From Nitrosopumilus sp. (GTDB lineage Archaea > Thermoproteota > Nitrososphaeria > Nitrososphaerales > Nitrosopumilaceae), in the NCBI GenBank assembly GCA_965223425.1, contig OZ245003.1:192001-256000 (forward strand): a stretch of 64,000 nucleotides of DNA, given 5' to 3'. The notes beneath the pieces are model-generated. The model saw only the letters and a list, made by a program, of their open reading frames with translations, was not told where the DNA came from and did no database searches. How positions within the stretch are numbered: position 1 is the stretch's first letter; every line of letters starts with the position of its first letter. The position numbers and the translations under genes are program-made. This document shows, piece after piece, positions 30,446 to 41,315 of the stretch.

Positions 30446-31801
30446 TTGAAAATACCAAGAATCGTAATAGCAGGCACTACAAGTGGAGTTGGAAAGACAT
30501 CAATAACATGTTCCGTTATTCATGCCTTACAAAAACAAGGATATTCTATTCAACCTTTCAAAGTCGGTCCTGATTATATTGATCCTAGCTATCTATCAAG
30601 CATTTCAAAACATGAAACATACAACTTGGATGTTTGGCTAATGGGAAAAAATCAGCTTTTGAATAGTTTTATTTCAAATTCAAAATCTGATGTCTCTGTT
30701 ATTGAAGGCGTAATGGGTTATTATGATGGATTTGCTGGAAATTCAAATTTTGCAAGTACTCATCATATAGCTTCTATTACAAAATCTCCCGTACTCTTAG
30801 TTTTAGATGCAAGTAAAACTGCTCGTTCCATTGCCGCAACCGCTCTGGGTTTTCAAAAATTTCATAAAAATTCCCGTATTTCTGGAATTATTCTTAATAA
30901 ACTAGGTAGTAAAAAGCATGAAATCCTGTGTAGAAATGCATTAGCGAAAACAAAAATTCCAATTATTGGAATAATTCCGAAAAATCCTCTACTAAATACG
31001 AGTTCACGGCACCTAGGACTACTCTCAACATTGGAGAAGAAAACTCTAAAAAAACAAACTGAAAAAACATCAAAAATAATTTCAAAATCTTTAGATGTTG
31101 CCCAAATTATTAAAATTATAAAAAACCCAATTGATCTTCCAAAAATATCAAAACCAATTCATAAAAAATCCCAAACTACAATCGCAGTTGCTCTTGATAC
31201 ATCATTTAATTTCTATTACCAAGACAATCTAGAAGCGTTACGACGTGAAGGAGCTAATCTAAAATTCTTTAGTCCTGTTAAAGATAAAAAAATTCCAAAA
31301 TGTGATGGACTTTACATTGGCGGAGGTTTTCCCGAAGTCCTAGGTAACCCACTTGAAAAAAATCAAACTATGAAAAAAACCATAAAGAAACTGGCCGAAG
31401 ATAATTTACCAATATATGCTGAATGTGGAGGATTGATGTATCTAACGAAATCTATCTCTTATGACAACAAAAAATACAAAATGACTGGTTTTTTTGATGC
31501 GGAAACCAAAATGACAAATAAAATGCGACTAAACTACACCAAAGGCAAGATTTCTACAAACACGATCATATCAGACAAATCACATAATTTTCAAGGCCAT
31601 GAATTCCATTATTCAGAACTAGATTCAGTCTCGCCTGATTCTCACTTTGCCTATAATTTAGAAATTGGTGAAGGAATCAAAAAACATCAAGACGGGATGA
31701 CACAGCACAACACACTTGCGTCATATGGCCATCTTTATTTTGACAGTTCTAATTATGCCCAAATTTTTGTAAAAAATTGTTCAAAGTATTCAAGAGGATG
31801 A
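30446..31801 (+). CDS. cbiA: cobyrinate a,c-diamide synthase
   Basis: SGVGKT, FKVGPDYID, RHLGL, AECGG, GHEFHYS. Confidence 0.92.
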   Translation: MKIPRIVIAGTTSGVGKTSITCSVIHALQKQGYSIQPFKVGPDYIDPSYLSSISKHETYNLDVWLMGKNQLLNSFISNSKSDVSVIEGVMGYYDGFAGNSNFASTHHIASITKSPVLLVLDASKTARSIAATALGFQKFHKNSRISGIILNKLGSKKHEILCRNALAKTKIPIIGIIPKNPLLNTSSRHLGLLSTLEKKTLKKQTEKTSKIISKSLDVAQIIKIIKNPIDLPKISKPIHKKSQTTIAVALDTSFNFYYQDNLEALRREGANLKFFSPVKDKKIPKCDGLYIGGGFPEVLGNPLEKNQTMKKTIKKLAEDNLPIYAECGGLMYLTKSISYDNKKYKMTGFFDAETKMTNKMRLNYTKGKISTNTIISDKSHNFQGHEFHYSELDSVSPDSHFAYNLEIGEGIKKHQDGMTQHNTLASYGHLYFDSSNYAQIFVKNCSKYSRG

Positions 31802-32431
31802 TTCTGCTCGTATTAACTTGAAAATTGCATTAATTATGGCAGATGCTGATGAACTGCCGCCTTTTCTACCCATGTTCGTGATAAATGGTGCCCCATCCAA
31901 CCTCGATAATTCATCTTTTGATTCTGAAGCACAGATAAATCCAACCGGAACTCCAATAATCAAGGCAGGCTTGGCTGCCCCTTCTTTTACCATCCGAATT
32001 ATTTCCAATAGGGCAGTTGGGGCATTTCCTATGGCTGCAATCCCTCCATTAATGTCTGATATAGCTGTCCTCATAGCTACCTGAGAGCGGGTCTTTCCTT
32101 CCTTTTTTGCCAATTCCATGATTTCTGGATTTGAAATATTGCAAACTATGTTATTTCCAAAGTCCTTTGGATTTTGTTTGTTCAATCCACCAATTACCCC
32201 ATTTACATCTACTACTATGCTGCAACCATTTTTCAGTGCCATCATCCCACTATCAATTGCATCTTTGTGAAAAATTATCTTATTTTTATTTGCAAAATCA
32301 AAATCTGCCGTAGAATGAATAACTCTTCTAACAATCGGCCATTCTTTTTCATTATACTGGTGAGATCCAATTTCATCTTCAATCATTTGCATGCTTGCAT
32401 CTTCAATTGATTGACCTTTTTCAGTCTGCAT
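31790..32431 (-). CDS. cbiC: precorrin-8X methylmutase
   Basis: RRVIHSTAD, IGNAPTAL, PVGFI, GRKGGS. Confidence 0.92.
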   Translation of the reverse strand: MQTEKGQSIEDASMQMIEDEIGSHQYNEKEWPIVRRVIHSTADFDFANKNKIIFHKDAIDSGMMALKNGCSIVVDVNGVIGGLNKQNPKDFGNNIVCNISNPEIMELAKKEGKTRSQVAMRTAISDINGGIAAIGNAPTALLEIIRMVKEGAAKPALIIGVPVGFICASESKDELSRLDGAPFITNMGRKGGSSSASAIINAIFKLIRAESSS

Positions 32432-33173
32432 CTTCTACCTCTTTTGCTCTTTCTATTATCAAATCAATTATTTTTTCATCTGTTCCTATATGTTTTGTAA
32501 TATACGTATTTTTTAAATTGGAATCTTTTAGTGCTGGAACTAAATCGTTATTGATATCAGTTTTTACATGTGCTCCTTCATGAAGAAAATAAAACACAAT
32601 TATCAGAATTTCAGGGTTATCTTTTTCACATTTTTTAATTCCCTCAAAAATATCTGGCCGTTCTATCTCTAACCAACATCTACTTACATTTCTATATGTA
32701 TTTTGTAATTCATCTACTATGTAGTTTAGTGACATCTGTGCATTAGGGTCTTTACTTCCATGTCCAATAATCATCACATCCACATCTTTTTTTGCATGAG
32801 TTATTTTATTCTCATTTAATGTTGTGGAAATTCTATTCTCAACAATCTCAACTAAAGTCTTATGCATACTCATTGGTTTTGTTACAATAAATTTCACTTT
32901 GGCATCTTTTTGTAACTTCATGACATCTGTGACTGCATTTTTTACTTTTTTACCAGGATACAAAAAATAAGGAACTATAGTTAAAGAATCAATATTTTCT
33001 TTGAGACACCTGGCTATGCCATCATCAATATATGGTGGTTCTACCTCTAGGAAACAAAAATCAGTGAATACATAGTCACCTTTAGCCTTAATTCCTTCAC
33101 AAATAACCTCTAATTCTTCAGATGCCTCTCTTTCTCTGCTTCCTCTATCAACAAGTAACAATCCCCGCTTCAA
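32421..33173 (-). CDS. cbiX: sirohydrochlorin cobaltochelatase (two CbiX domains)
   Basis: DRGSR in domain 1, GHGSK and GAHV in domain 2. Confidence 0.85.
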   Translation of the reverse strand: MKRGLLLVDRGSREREASEELEVICEGIKAKGDYVFTDFCFLEVEPPYIDDGIARCLKENIDSLTIVPYFLYPGKKVKNAVTDVMKLQKDAKVKFIVTKPMSMHKTLVEIVENRISTTLNENKITHAKKDVDVMIIGHGSKDPNAQMSLNYIVDELQNTYRNVSRCWLEIERPDIFEGIKKCEKDNPEILIIVFYFLHEGAHVKTDINNDLVPALKDSNLKNTYITKHIGTDEKIIDLIIERAKEVEDAD

Positions 33174-34228
33174 TCTACAGTCCTCGCAATGGCTATAGTC
33201 AAATTTGGTGGGAATTTCTGTTTTTCTACAATTAGTTCCCCTTTAGACACTTTGATTGCTGCAGCTTCTGAAACACTTGCTGTTCCTTCAAATGTTTTTA
33301 CAGTTTCTGAAGGATTTGGAGCTGAGATCTCAGCTAACTCTTCTCTATCCACGTATTCCACAGAAACCCTCATTTCTTTTCCAATATCTATCAACCCCTG
33401 AACATCCTGTGTTTTTTTTATTGATACAAGTTTGGCAATAGATTTTGAACTCAGATCAAACTTTTGTAGGCAAGTCTCAATTCCTTCTCTGATTACTTCT
33501 TTTGAGGTGTCCCAATGTAATCCAACGCCGATTACTAAGCTTGGAGGGCGATAGACTACGGATTTCTTACTCAATTTTTCATCAATTTTTTTATCAGAAA
33601 TTATAAGATACGCTTTAGAATTTGAATTTTTCAAGTCTTCTAAACTATCATAAATTGACACATTTTTTGGTAATTTTTTATACCAATTCTTTTTACCAGC
33701 TTCTTGCAAAACCCCAATAGGTTCTTCGTTTACCATATGCGCACTAATTTTTGTTACCGTAGAATCGTCATCAATCTTCCAATCCAGTTCTTTCCCTAAT
33801 AGATCCACTGCTATAGTTCTGTTAACATCAGCTGCAGTTGTGATTACTGGCAATGCGTTCAATCTTTTTGCAATTTCCCGTGTTAACTCATTTGCACCGC
33901 CAATATGACCTGACAATACACTAATTACAAAATTTGCCTGATCATCAATTACAATTACGGCCGGATCTGTTTTTTTATCTCTCAAGTGTGGTGCAATTAA
34001 TCTAATTACTGCACCTAACGAAAATAAACACACTAGTGCATTATTGCTTTTAAAAAGTTCAACAATCTTTTCTGATGTAGGCTCAGAATACCAAATTATT
34101 TCATTATTTTCACTCATGAATTTTGAAGGTGCAAAAACACCCCAGCCGGGGAATATTCTTTTTAATTCCAGTCCAATTTTCACTCCGTTTTTTGTAATCG
34201 CCAGTACTGCAGTTTTCTCCATAGTCAA
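33170..34228 (-). CDS. cbiG: cobalt-precorrin-5A hydrolase
   Basis: KKTDPAV, LSGHIGGAN, ITTAAD, SVSEAAA. Confidence 0.9.
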   Translation of the reverse strand: MTMEKTAVLAITKNGVKIGLELKRIFPGWGVFAPSKFMSENNEIIWYSEPTSEKIVELFKSNNALVCLFSLGAVIRLIAPHLRDKKTDPAVIVIDDQANFVISVLSGHIGGANELTREIAKRLNALPVITTAADVNRTIAVDLLGKELDWKIDDDSTVTKISAHMVNEEPIGVLQEAGKKNWYKKLPKNVSIYDSLEDLKNSNSKAYLIISDKKIDEKLSKKSVVYRPPSLVIGVGLHWDTSKEVIREGIETCLQKFDLSSKSIAKLVSIKKTQDVQGLIDIGKEMRVSVEYVDREELAEISAPNPSETVKTFEGTASVSEAAAIKVSKGELIVEKQKFPPNLTIAIARTVD

Positions 34229-34253
34229 AACCTTCTAAATTTCATAAAATACC

Positions 34254-35357
34254 TTACTCTTCTGATTGTCTAGCCAGAATTTTTCCATCAAAATCAAATA
34301 GTATTACATCAATTGGAACTTTTTCTTCAGAGTGTTTTCTCATATGTCTGTATGTCTTGTTAACAATTAAATCAAAAAATCCCTGGATGTCGTTCTCTTG
34401 TATTATTTCAGAAACATGTCTTGCTGTGTTTGCTTTTTTAATATCTTCTATCACACTTTGTTTTGCATTTGACTTTTTTGCTAATTCTGCAAGAAAGCTC
34501 ATATCAACTTTTGATCCTTTAACATGTGTTTGCTTTACCCCTGCTGCCATCTTTGCCAGTTTTCCGATAAACCCAACAACGTATGCTTTTTTGATATTTT
34601 TTTTACCACATTGTTGAATTGTATATCCTGAAAAATCGCCCATCTGCACAAAACAATGTTCTGGCAAATCAACTATTTTTTTTGCAAAATCTTCACTTCT
34701 TCCACCCGTAGTTAATACCACTGTGTCGTTTCCCATGGCAATTGCTACGTCCAGATTTTGTCTTATTGATGCTGCGTATGATGCTGTAGAAAATGGAATA
34801 ACAATTCCGCTGGTTCCTAGAATTGAAATCCCATCTTTAATTCCTATTCTTGGATTATCTGTTTTTGGTCCTAACTCTTTTCCTTTAGGAACTGAAATTA
34901 CAACTTTAATTCCTTTTTTTTCAAGAATTCCTTTTCCAATTTCTTTTAAATTTTCAGTAATCATCTTTTTTGGAACAGGATTTATTGCAGGTTTGTTAAT
35001 ATCTAACCCTAACCCTGGTTTAGTTACTATTCCTACTCCTTCCCCCCCGTCAATCTCAATTTCATTAATTTTTGCTATGAATGACAGTTCAACTATAATT
35101 TCTGCTCCGTGAGTAACATCCGGATCATCTCCTCCATCTTTAATTACAGAACATTTTGATTTTTCAGAATCAAAATCACAAGAATACACCGGAATTTCAA
35201 TAAAATTACCTTTAGGTAGTTGGATGGATATGTTTTCAGTTTTTTTCTGATTGATTATTGATAGCAGTCCTGCTTTGGCCGCCGCAGTTGCTGAACTTCC
35301 CGTGGTATAGCCTGTTCTTAACTCTGCCTTTTTTTCTTCCACATTTTTTCTACTCAT
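34254..35357 (-). CDS. cbiD: cobalt-precorrin-5B C1-methyltransferase
   Basis: LRTGYTTGS, KDGGDDPDVTHG, AINPVP, ISILGTSG. Confidence 0.93.
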   Translation of the reverse strand: MSRKNVEEKKAELRTGYTTGSSATAAAKAGLLSIINQKKTENISIQLPKGNFIEIPVYSCDFDSEKSKCSVIKDGGDDPDVTHGAEIIVELSFIAKINEIEIDGGEGVGIVTKPGLGLDINKPAINPVPKKMITENLKEIGKGILEKKGIKVVISVPKGKELGPKTDNPRIGIKDGISILGTSGIVIPFSTASYAASIRQNLDVAIAMGNDTVVLTTGGRSEDFAKKIVDLPEHCFVQMGDFSGYTIQQCGKKNIKKAYVVGFIGKLAKMAAGVKQTHVKGSKVDMSFLAELAKKSNAKQSVIEDIKKANTARHVSEIIQENDIQGFFDLIVNKTYRHMRKHSEEKVPIDVILFDFDGKILARQSEE

Positions 35358-35434
35358 TTTACTGTATTAACTCTTATTTGCATCGTTCAAAATCTTCTAA
35401 ATAGATTTAAAATTAAAAACAACTTGGAATTGTA

Positions 35435-36304
35435 ATGGATAAAAGTTATCAGATAGTTGTTACAGGAGCAAGTGGTTTTGTTGCAAGAAATCTTAGAAAA
35501 CATATCTCTGAGAATAATATCAAATTAATTTCAATCTCACGAAAAAATTTCAGACAATTTCACAATGAATTAAAAGTCGTTTCCATAACTTATGATGAAA
35601 AAAACCTTCTTTCAAAACTTCAAAATTCGGATGCGATAATCCATCTAGTTGGGATTGGAAAACAATCTACCAAAACTGACTATGATATGATAAATGTTGA
35701 ATTTACAAAATATATTATTAATCTAAGTAAAAAGGCAAAAATCAAAAAATTTGTTTATGCAAGTGGTCTTGGTGTTTCTCCAAATGCTTCACTTGGATAT
35801 TTTATTTCTAAATATAAAGCGGAAAAATTGATTATGAATTCGGGACTAGACTATACAATTTTTAGACCTTCATACATTGTTGGAAAATATGATCTGTTTA
35901 CAAAATATTTAAAAAAACAGATTAGAAAGAAAATAATTGAAATTCCTGGATCTGGAAACTACTCAATTCAGCCAATTTACATTAATGATGTGGTAAAAAT
36001 TCTTCTTCAATCAGTAATCGATACAAAGTTTAGTAATAAAATTTTAGATCTTGTTGGATCTGAGCATATTGCTTTTGAACAATATGTCAAACTCTTTTCT
36101 AAAGGAACTAAAACGAATATCAAAAAAATTAATCTAGAAGAAGCTTACCATAAAGCGATAATTAATTCAAAATCTGATTTTGGAGTTGATGATCTCAATA
36201 TCCTGATTGGTAATTTTAAAGGAAGTCATGCTAAATTACAAAATATTACAAAAATGAAATTTCAATCAGTTACAGAATTACTAAAGTCTGGCAGCTTGTT
36301 TTAA
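35435..36304 (+). CDS. NAD-dependent epimerase/dehydratase (atypical SDR)
   Basis: [22 protein letters not shown]. Confidence 0.85.
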   Translation: MDKSYQIVVTGASGFVARNLRKHISENNIKLISISRKNFRQFHNELKVVSITYDEKNLLSKLQNSDAIIHLVGIGKQSTKTDYDMINVEFTKYIINLSKKAKIKKFVYASGLGVSPNASLGYFISKYKAEKLIMNSGLDYTIFRPSYIVGKYDLFTKYLKKQIRKKIIEIPGSGNYSIQPIYINDVVKILLQSVIDTKFSNKILDLVGSEHIAFEQYVKLFSKGTKTNIKKINLEEAYHKAIINSKSDFGVDDLNILIGNFKGSHAKLQNITKMKFQSVTELLKSGSLF

Positions 36305-37447
36305 TGCCTCAGCTTTGTCAGTTTTTTCCCAAGAAAATTCAGGCTCGTTTCGTCCAAAATGGCCATACGATGCGGTATTTTTGTAAATTGGCCTCTTCAA
36401 ATCTAACTGTGAAATTATTCCTGAGGGCTTCATGTCAAAATTATTTCTGACCAATTCCTCAATCTGGTTTTCTGGAATTTTGTTTGTTCCAAAAGTGTTA
36501 ACATAAAGTGATACTGGTTCTGCAACCCCTATTGCGTATGCAAGCTGGACTTCACACCTATCAGCTAATCCTGCCGCAACAAGATTTTTTGCAATATATC
36601 TAGACATGTAACATGCAGATCTATCCACTTTGGAAGGATCTTTTCCTGAAAATGCTCCTCCGCCATGTCTTCCAAATCCACCATAAGTGTCAACAATGAT
36701 TTTTCTTCCTGTCAAACCCGCATCCCCATGCGGTCCACCAATTACAAATTTTCCAGTGGGATTAACGTGAATTTTGATTTCATCATTCCAAAGATCTCCT
36801 AATACTGGTTTGATTACCTTATCGATTATTTCTCTTGAAATTTCCTCTTGAGAAACTTCTGGTGCATGTTGCGTAGAAATCACTACTGTTTCAATCTTAG
36901 TTGGTTTGTTGTTTTCATATCTCACAGATACCTGTGATTTACCGTCTGGCCTTACCCATGGTAAAGTCTTGTCTTTTCTTACTTGGGATAACTTCTGAAT
37001 GAGTTTATGTGCTAACAAAATTGGCATAGGCATTAGTTCTTTAGTCTCATTTGTTGCATAGCCAAACATCAATCCCTGATCTCCTGCACCCTGCTCCTTT
37101 TCTTCAGTAGCTGTTACACCCTGACTGATATCTGGACTTTGTGAATGTAATCTTAAACTAACCTGACAAGTATCTGCATCAAACATCAAATCTTTGTTAT
37201 CATATCCAATCTCCCTGATTGTCCTTCTAACTAATTCTTCCTGAGATTTTTGACCAAAATCTGCCTTGGATGTCACTTCACCAGATATTGCCACAAAATC
37301 TGTGGTAACCATTGTTTCAACTGCCACTCTTGAATTAGGATCCTGTCTGAGGTATTCGTCTAGAAACGCATCTGAAATATTATCGCACACTTTGTCTGGA
37401 TGTCCTTCCGTCACTGATTCTGACGTAAATAGAAAATTACTAGTCAT
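36281..37447 (-). CDS. metK: S-adenosylmethionine synthetase (bacterial/eukaryal type)
   Basis: [28 protein letters not shown]. Confidence 0.96.
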   Translation of the reverse strand: MTSNFLFTSESVTEGHPDKVCDNISDAFLDEYLRQDPNSRVAVETMVTTDFVAISGEVTSKADFGQKSQEELVRRTIREIGYDNKDLMFDADTCQVSLRLHSQSPDISQGVTATEEKEQGAGDQGLMFGYATNETKELMPMPILLAHKLIQKLSQVRKDKTLPWVRPDGKSQVSVRYENNKPTKIETVVISTQHAPEVSQEEISREIIDKVIKPVLGDLWNDEIKIHVNPTGKFVIGGPHGDAGLTGRKIIVDTYGGFGRHGGGAFSGKDPSKVDRSACYMSRYIAKNLVAAGLADRCEVQLAYAIGVAEPVSLYVNTFGTNKIPENQIEELVRNNFDMKPSGIISQLDLKRPIYKNTASYGHFGRNEPEFSWEKTDKAEALKQAARL

Positions 37448-37461
37448 GATACAACGACTCA

Positions 37462-37707
37462 CTAGAGTTCGTTTTCAAGTTTGATAAACAACACATTGTT
37501 GCCTCTAACAATTACTCTTCCATAATTTGCTATTACTCTGCTATCGTGTAATTCTTCGGCATCAGTCATAATCAAATTCATGTATGAATCAACATTATCC
37601 ATTTTTCCTTTATACTCTACTTCATTTTTCAGTCTTACAGTAACTTTCTTTTTGGTACTTTTTTGAAGAGTTGTTAAAGGTCTTTTTGCACTACTTGGTT
37701 GAGACAC
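37462..37707 (-). CDS. lsm: Sm-like (Lsm) RNA-binding protein
   Basis: DSYMNLIM (Sm1) and IVRGNNV (Sm2). Confidence 0.9.
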   Translation of the reverse strand: MSQPSSAKRPLTTLQKSTKKKVTVRLKNEVEYKGKMDNVDSYMNLIMTDAEELHDSRVIANYGRVIVRGNNVLFIKLENEL

Positions 37708-37815
37708 TAATTATTCACTTGTTTTGCAACGTAGTTCTCTAGAATAAAAGCCTTGCCTCTTTTATAGAAATTGAAATTCCTTAAATTTTTTCTTATTTTT
37801 CTAATAATTATACAA

Positions 37816-38475
37816 ATGATTCCCACTGGTTTACAAAAATTGGACGAGTTCTTATCTGGAGGAATACCTAGCGGCGTGATTGTAGATATTTTTGGCGGAA
37901 ATGGAACAGGAAAAACTCAACTATTATTACAATTATCAATAAACTCGATTAAAAACGGTGGCCATGTTCTTTATCTAGATACAACAGGTGGGTTTCGGCC
38001 TGAACGAATATTGGAAATTCAAAAACAGTTTGAAAAACAATTTGATTTTCTTGAAAAGATTACAGTGTCTAGAATAACAAACACTTCTGAGCAAATAAAA
38101 TCAATGCAAAACCTTGAAAACAAAGATTTTTCTTTAATTGTAATTGACAATATAACTGATTTATTTTCTTATGAATATAAAAAAAATGAATCCACTTTTG
38201 AAAAAAATTCGTTATTTATGAAATATATGAGTGAATTATCAAAATTTGCGATAACAAAAAAAATCCCTATTGTGGTTACTAATATGATTAGAACCATAGA
38301 AGGTAAAGAGCTAGAAAATATGAAAAGTGCCATTGATCCTTTCACTCACATCAAAATTCACCTATCTAAAAATTCATCGAAATTTAAAGGAAAAATTTAC
38401 TGGGCACTAGACAAAGAAAACTTTTCCTACAAAATATGTTCTTCAGGATTATCTGATTATTCTGAAGATATTTAA
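37816..38475 (+). CDS. RadA paralog (RadB/aRadC-like ATPase)
   Basis: IPTGLQKLDEFLSGGI, Walker A GGNGTGKT, GGFRPERI, Walker B LIVID; no N-terminal HhH domain. Confidence 0.8.
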   Translation: MIPTGLQKLDEFLSGGIPSGVIVDIFGGNGTGKTQLLLQLSINSIKNGGHVLYLDTTGGFRPERILEIQKQFEKQFDFLEKITVSRITNTSEQIKSMQNLENKDFSLIVIDNITDLFSYEYKKNESTFEKNSLFMKYMSELSKFAITKKIPIVVTNMIRTIEGKELENMKSAIDPFTHIKIHLSKNSSKFKGKIYWALDKENFSYKICSSGLSDYSEDI

Positions 38476-38497
38476 CTGTCAACCATGAAGTTTACAA

Positions 38498-38617
38498 ATG
38501 GCGGGAATTTTTGATTCAATTCCAATAATTACTGTGGTGTTGTTTGCACTTGGCCTAGTGGGAATAATGGTTTATGAAAGATCAAGATCAAAATCAACGG
38601 ACGAATCTTATTCTTGA
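38498..38617 (+). CDS. 39-aa single-TM microprotein
   Basis: MAGIFDSIPIITVVLFALGLVGIMVYERSRSKSTDESYS; overlaps the lhr start region. Confidence 0.5.
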   Translation: MAGIFDSIPIITVVLFALGLVGIMVYERSRSKSTDESYS

Positions 38618-41315
38618 CTCTTTATTTAAGAAATTTGGATTTTCTAAACTAACTGAAATTCAAAAAAAAGCATCGCCGATTATTTTCCAAAAAAAGGACT
38701 GTCTTGTAATTGCCCCTACGGGTTCGGGAAAAACTGAATGTTCTGTCATTCCAATCTTTTTTCTTTTAAAAAATTCCAAAAAGAATGGAAAAATCAAAAC
38801 TCTCTATATCACTCCTTTACGAGCATTAAATCGTGACGTATTTCGAAGAATTACAAAATATGCACATGAAAATGAACTGTCTATCGAAATTAGGCATGGA
38901 GATACTTCTCAAAAAGACAGAAAAAAAATTAGTGAAACCCCCCCAGATGTTCTAATTACAACGCCTGAGACTCTTGTTATTCTTTTGGCACAAGTCAAAA
39001 TGCTAAATGCATTATCTGATTTGGAATGGATTGTAATTGATGAGGTACATGAATTGTTGTCCAGTGAGAGGGGATCTCAACTATCATTAAGTATTGAAAG
39101 ATTAGAATTTAATTCAAAATATCCTCTTACAAAAATAGGATTGTCTGCTACTGTTGGAAATTTTGAAGAAGCAGGCAAATTTGTCGTAGGAACTAAAAGA
39201 AAATGTAAAATCATTCGAGATAAATCAGTAAGAAATTATGATGTTGAGGTCGCATATGTTGACGGAACAATCTCTGATGTTGCAGAAAAGATCATTGAAT
39301 ATGTGTCAGATCTTAACTTGAATTCTCCAATCCTTCTATTTACTAATACTAGGGGCGAGGCAGAATTTCTAGCCTCAATTTTAAAAGAAAAATCCCCTAT
39401 TCCGATTGAATTGCATCATGGTTCTTTATCAAAAGAAGTTAGAGAAGATACCGAGCTTACTTTACGAGAAGGAAAACGCGGTATTGTTGTATGCACATCT
39501 TCACTTGAATTAGGACTGGATATTGGTTCTGTTGAACTGGTGATTCATTATGGTTCCCCTAGACAGGTATCAAAATTAATCCAAAGAATAGGTCGGAGTA
39601 GACATAATCGCGATGCATCAGCCAAGGGACTTGTTATAACAAACAATCCTGATGATGAATTTGAAGCACGAGCTATACTTGAACGTATCAAGGAAGGCTC
39701 AATTGAGGAACAAAAAATTCATGATGCCTCTCTTGATGTTTTAGCTCATCATTTAGTTGGATTAACAATGCAAATTGGTGAAATTTCAGTTGAACAGGCT
39801 TTTGAGTTGGTTGCAAAAGCTTACCCGTTTCGAAATTTACAGTTAGAAGATCTTGTTGGCGTGTTGGATTTACTGGACTCAAACTATCTGATCTTTTTTG
39901 ATAGAACAAAAATGACTTTTTGGAGAAAGGGACGTTCATTCAAATATTATTTTGAAAACCTCTCAACAATTCCTGACATTCTCAAATTCAAAGTTTTTGA
40001 TAGTGTAGGCAAAAAAATTATTGGATCACTAGACCAAAGATTTGTTGGTGATTTTGGAGATTCAGGAAACATCTTTGTGTTAAAAGGTTCACAGTGGAGA
40101 ATACTAAACGTTGATAAAAAATCATTTACTGTAAACGTTGAGCCCTTTCGAGGGGGTGGAATTACCGTACCATACTGGGAAGGAGAGAATATTCCTATTG
40201 ATTACAAAACTGCAAGAAAAGTGGGACTATTTCGTAGCAAAGTTAAGAGGGGCTCCCTTGAGCTAACTAATAAAATTATTCAAAAATTAAATTTTAGTGA
40301 TATTCCTGATGAAAATAACATCATAGTTGAATCAAACAAATCCCAAGGCTCAATTGTAATTCATTCATGTCTTGGTACAAAAATTAATTCTACATTGTCT
40401 GCCTTGCTCTCTTCAATGCTGTCCTCAATGCTAGGTTCCGTGGTTGATTCCCGTTCAGATGGTTATAGAATTGTCTTGTCTTCCAGATCAAGGATCTCAG
40501 AAAAACTTTTTCTTGAGATTATAAAAGATGACTATGATCTATATTCCATTGTTACTGCATCTTTAACCGGAACTCATAATGTTAATTGGAGAACATGGTG
40601 CGTTGCTAAAAAATTTGGCATAGTTGGCCGTGGAGCAATTTATGAAAGAAAATCTGCTAGATTTTTGTATGAGCGATATTCTAAAAGTGCGCTTGTTCAT
40701 GAAGCATTGCGTGAATTGTTTCACGATAAATATGATTTGAAGAGTTCTGATGATATCTTAAAAAAAATTCGTGAAGATAAAATTCATGTTAAATGGGTAG
40801 AAGTTGATAAATTTTCAAAATTAGCAGAACCAATTTTAGATCATACAGCAAAATATTATTCCTCTCCTGCAAATCTTGACCAAGGAATACTCGATCTAGT
40901 AAAAGCAAGGCTTGAAAAAACAAAACATCGCTTGGTTTGCGCAAGATGTGGAAAATGGGAGCGTGTTGTAGAAACATGTGAAGTAAAAAATACTTTGATA
41001 TGTCCCTATTGTAAAGGGAGGCAAATCACTGCAACTTTTTATTCTGATTATGACTTGCCAAAAATTATACGAAAAAAACATGTAGGAAAAAAACTGTCTG
41101 CTGATGAAAAACACAGGTTTGATCGTGCCTGGAAAGTTTCTTCATTAGTGGAAAATTTTGGCAAAATTGCCATTACTGTAATGTCCGGATATGGAGTTGG
41201 TGCTGATACTGCAGCAAGAATACTGCGTAATATGATTGATGAAGAACATTTGTTTAAACAAATCTATGAAGCTGAGAGACAATACGTTGTAACTAGAGGT
41301 TTTTGGGATTCTTAA
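38574..41315 (+). CDS. lhr: Lhr-family SF2 helicase with C-terminal Cys motif
   Basis: APTGSGKT, TTPETL, DEVH, LSAT, QRIGRS, W(E)GE; CARC...CPYC tail. Confidence 0.9.
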   Translation: MKDQDQNQRTNLILDSLFKKFGFSKLTEIQKKASPIIFQKKDCLVIAPTGSGKTECSVIPIFFLLKNSKKNGKIKTLYITPLRALNRDVFRRITKYAHENELSIEIRHGDTSQKDRKKISETPPDVLITTPETLVILLAQVKMLNALSDLEWIVIDEVHELLSSERGSQLSLSIERLEFNSKYPLTKIGLSATVGNFEEAGKFVVGTKRKCKIIRDKSVRNYDVEVAYVDGTISDVAEKIIEYVSDLNLNSPILLFTNTRGEAEFLASILKEKSPIPIELHHGSLSKEVREDTELTLREGKRGIVVCTSSLELGLDIGSVELVIHYGSPRQVSKLIQRIGRSRHNRDASAKGLVITNNPDDEFEARAILERIKEGSIEEQKIHDASLDVLAHHLVGLTMQIGEISVEQAFELVAKAYPFRNLQLEDLVGVLDLLDSNYLIFFDRTKMTFWRKGRSFKYYFENLSTIPDILKFKVFDSVGKKIIGSLDQRFVGDFGDSGNIFVLKGSQWRILNVDKKSFTVNVEPFRGGGITVPYWEGENIPIDYKTARKVGLFRSKVKRGSLELTNKIIQKLNFSDIPDENNIIVESNKSQGSIVIHSCLGTKINSTLSALLSSMLSSMLGSVVDSRSDGYRIVLSSRSRISEKLFLEIIKDDYDLYSIVTASLTGTHNVNWRTWCVAKKFGIVGRGAIYERKSARFLYERYSKSALVHEALRELFHDKYDLKSSDDILKKIREDKIHVKWVEVDKFSKLAEPILDHTAKYYSSPANLDQGILDLVKARLEKTKHRLVCARCGKWERVVETCEVKNTLICPYCKGRQITATFYSDYDLPKIIRKKHVGKKLSADEKHRFDRAWKVSSLVENFGKIAITVMSGYGVGADTAARILRNMIDEEHLFKQIYEAERQYVVTRGFWDS

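Noticed and set aside
36281-37447. Bacterial-type MetK as a recent horizontal transfer
   Set aside because: Host-like composition and embedded in housekeeping context; to my knowledge usual for this lineage
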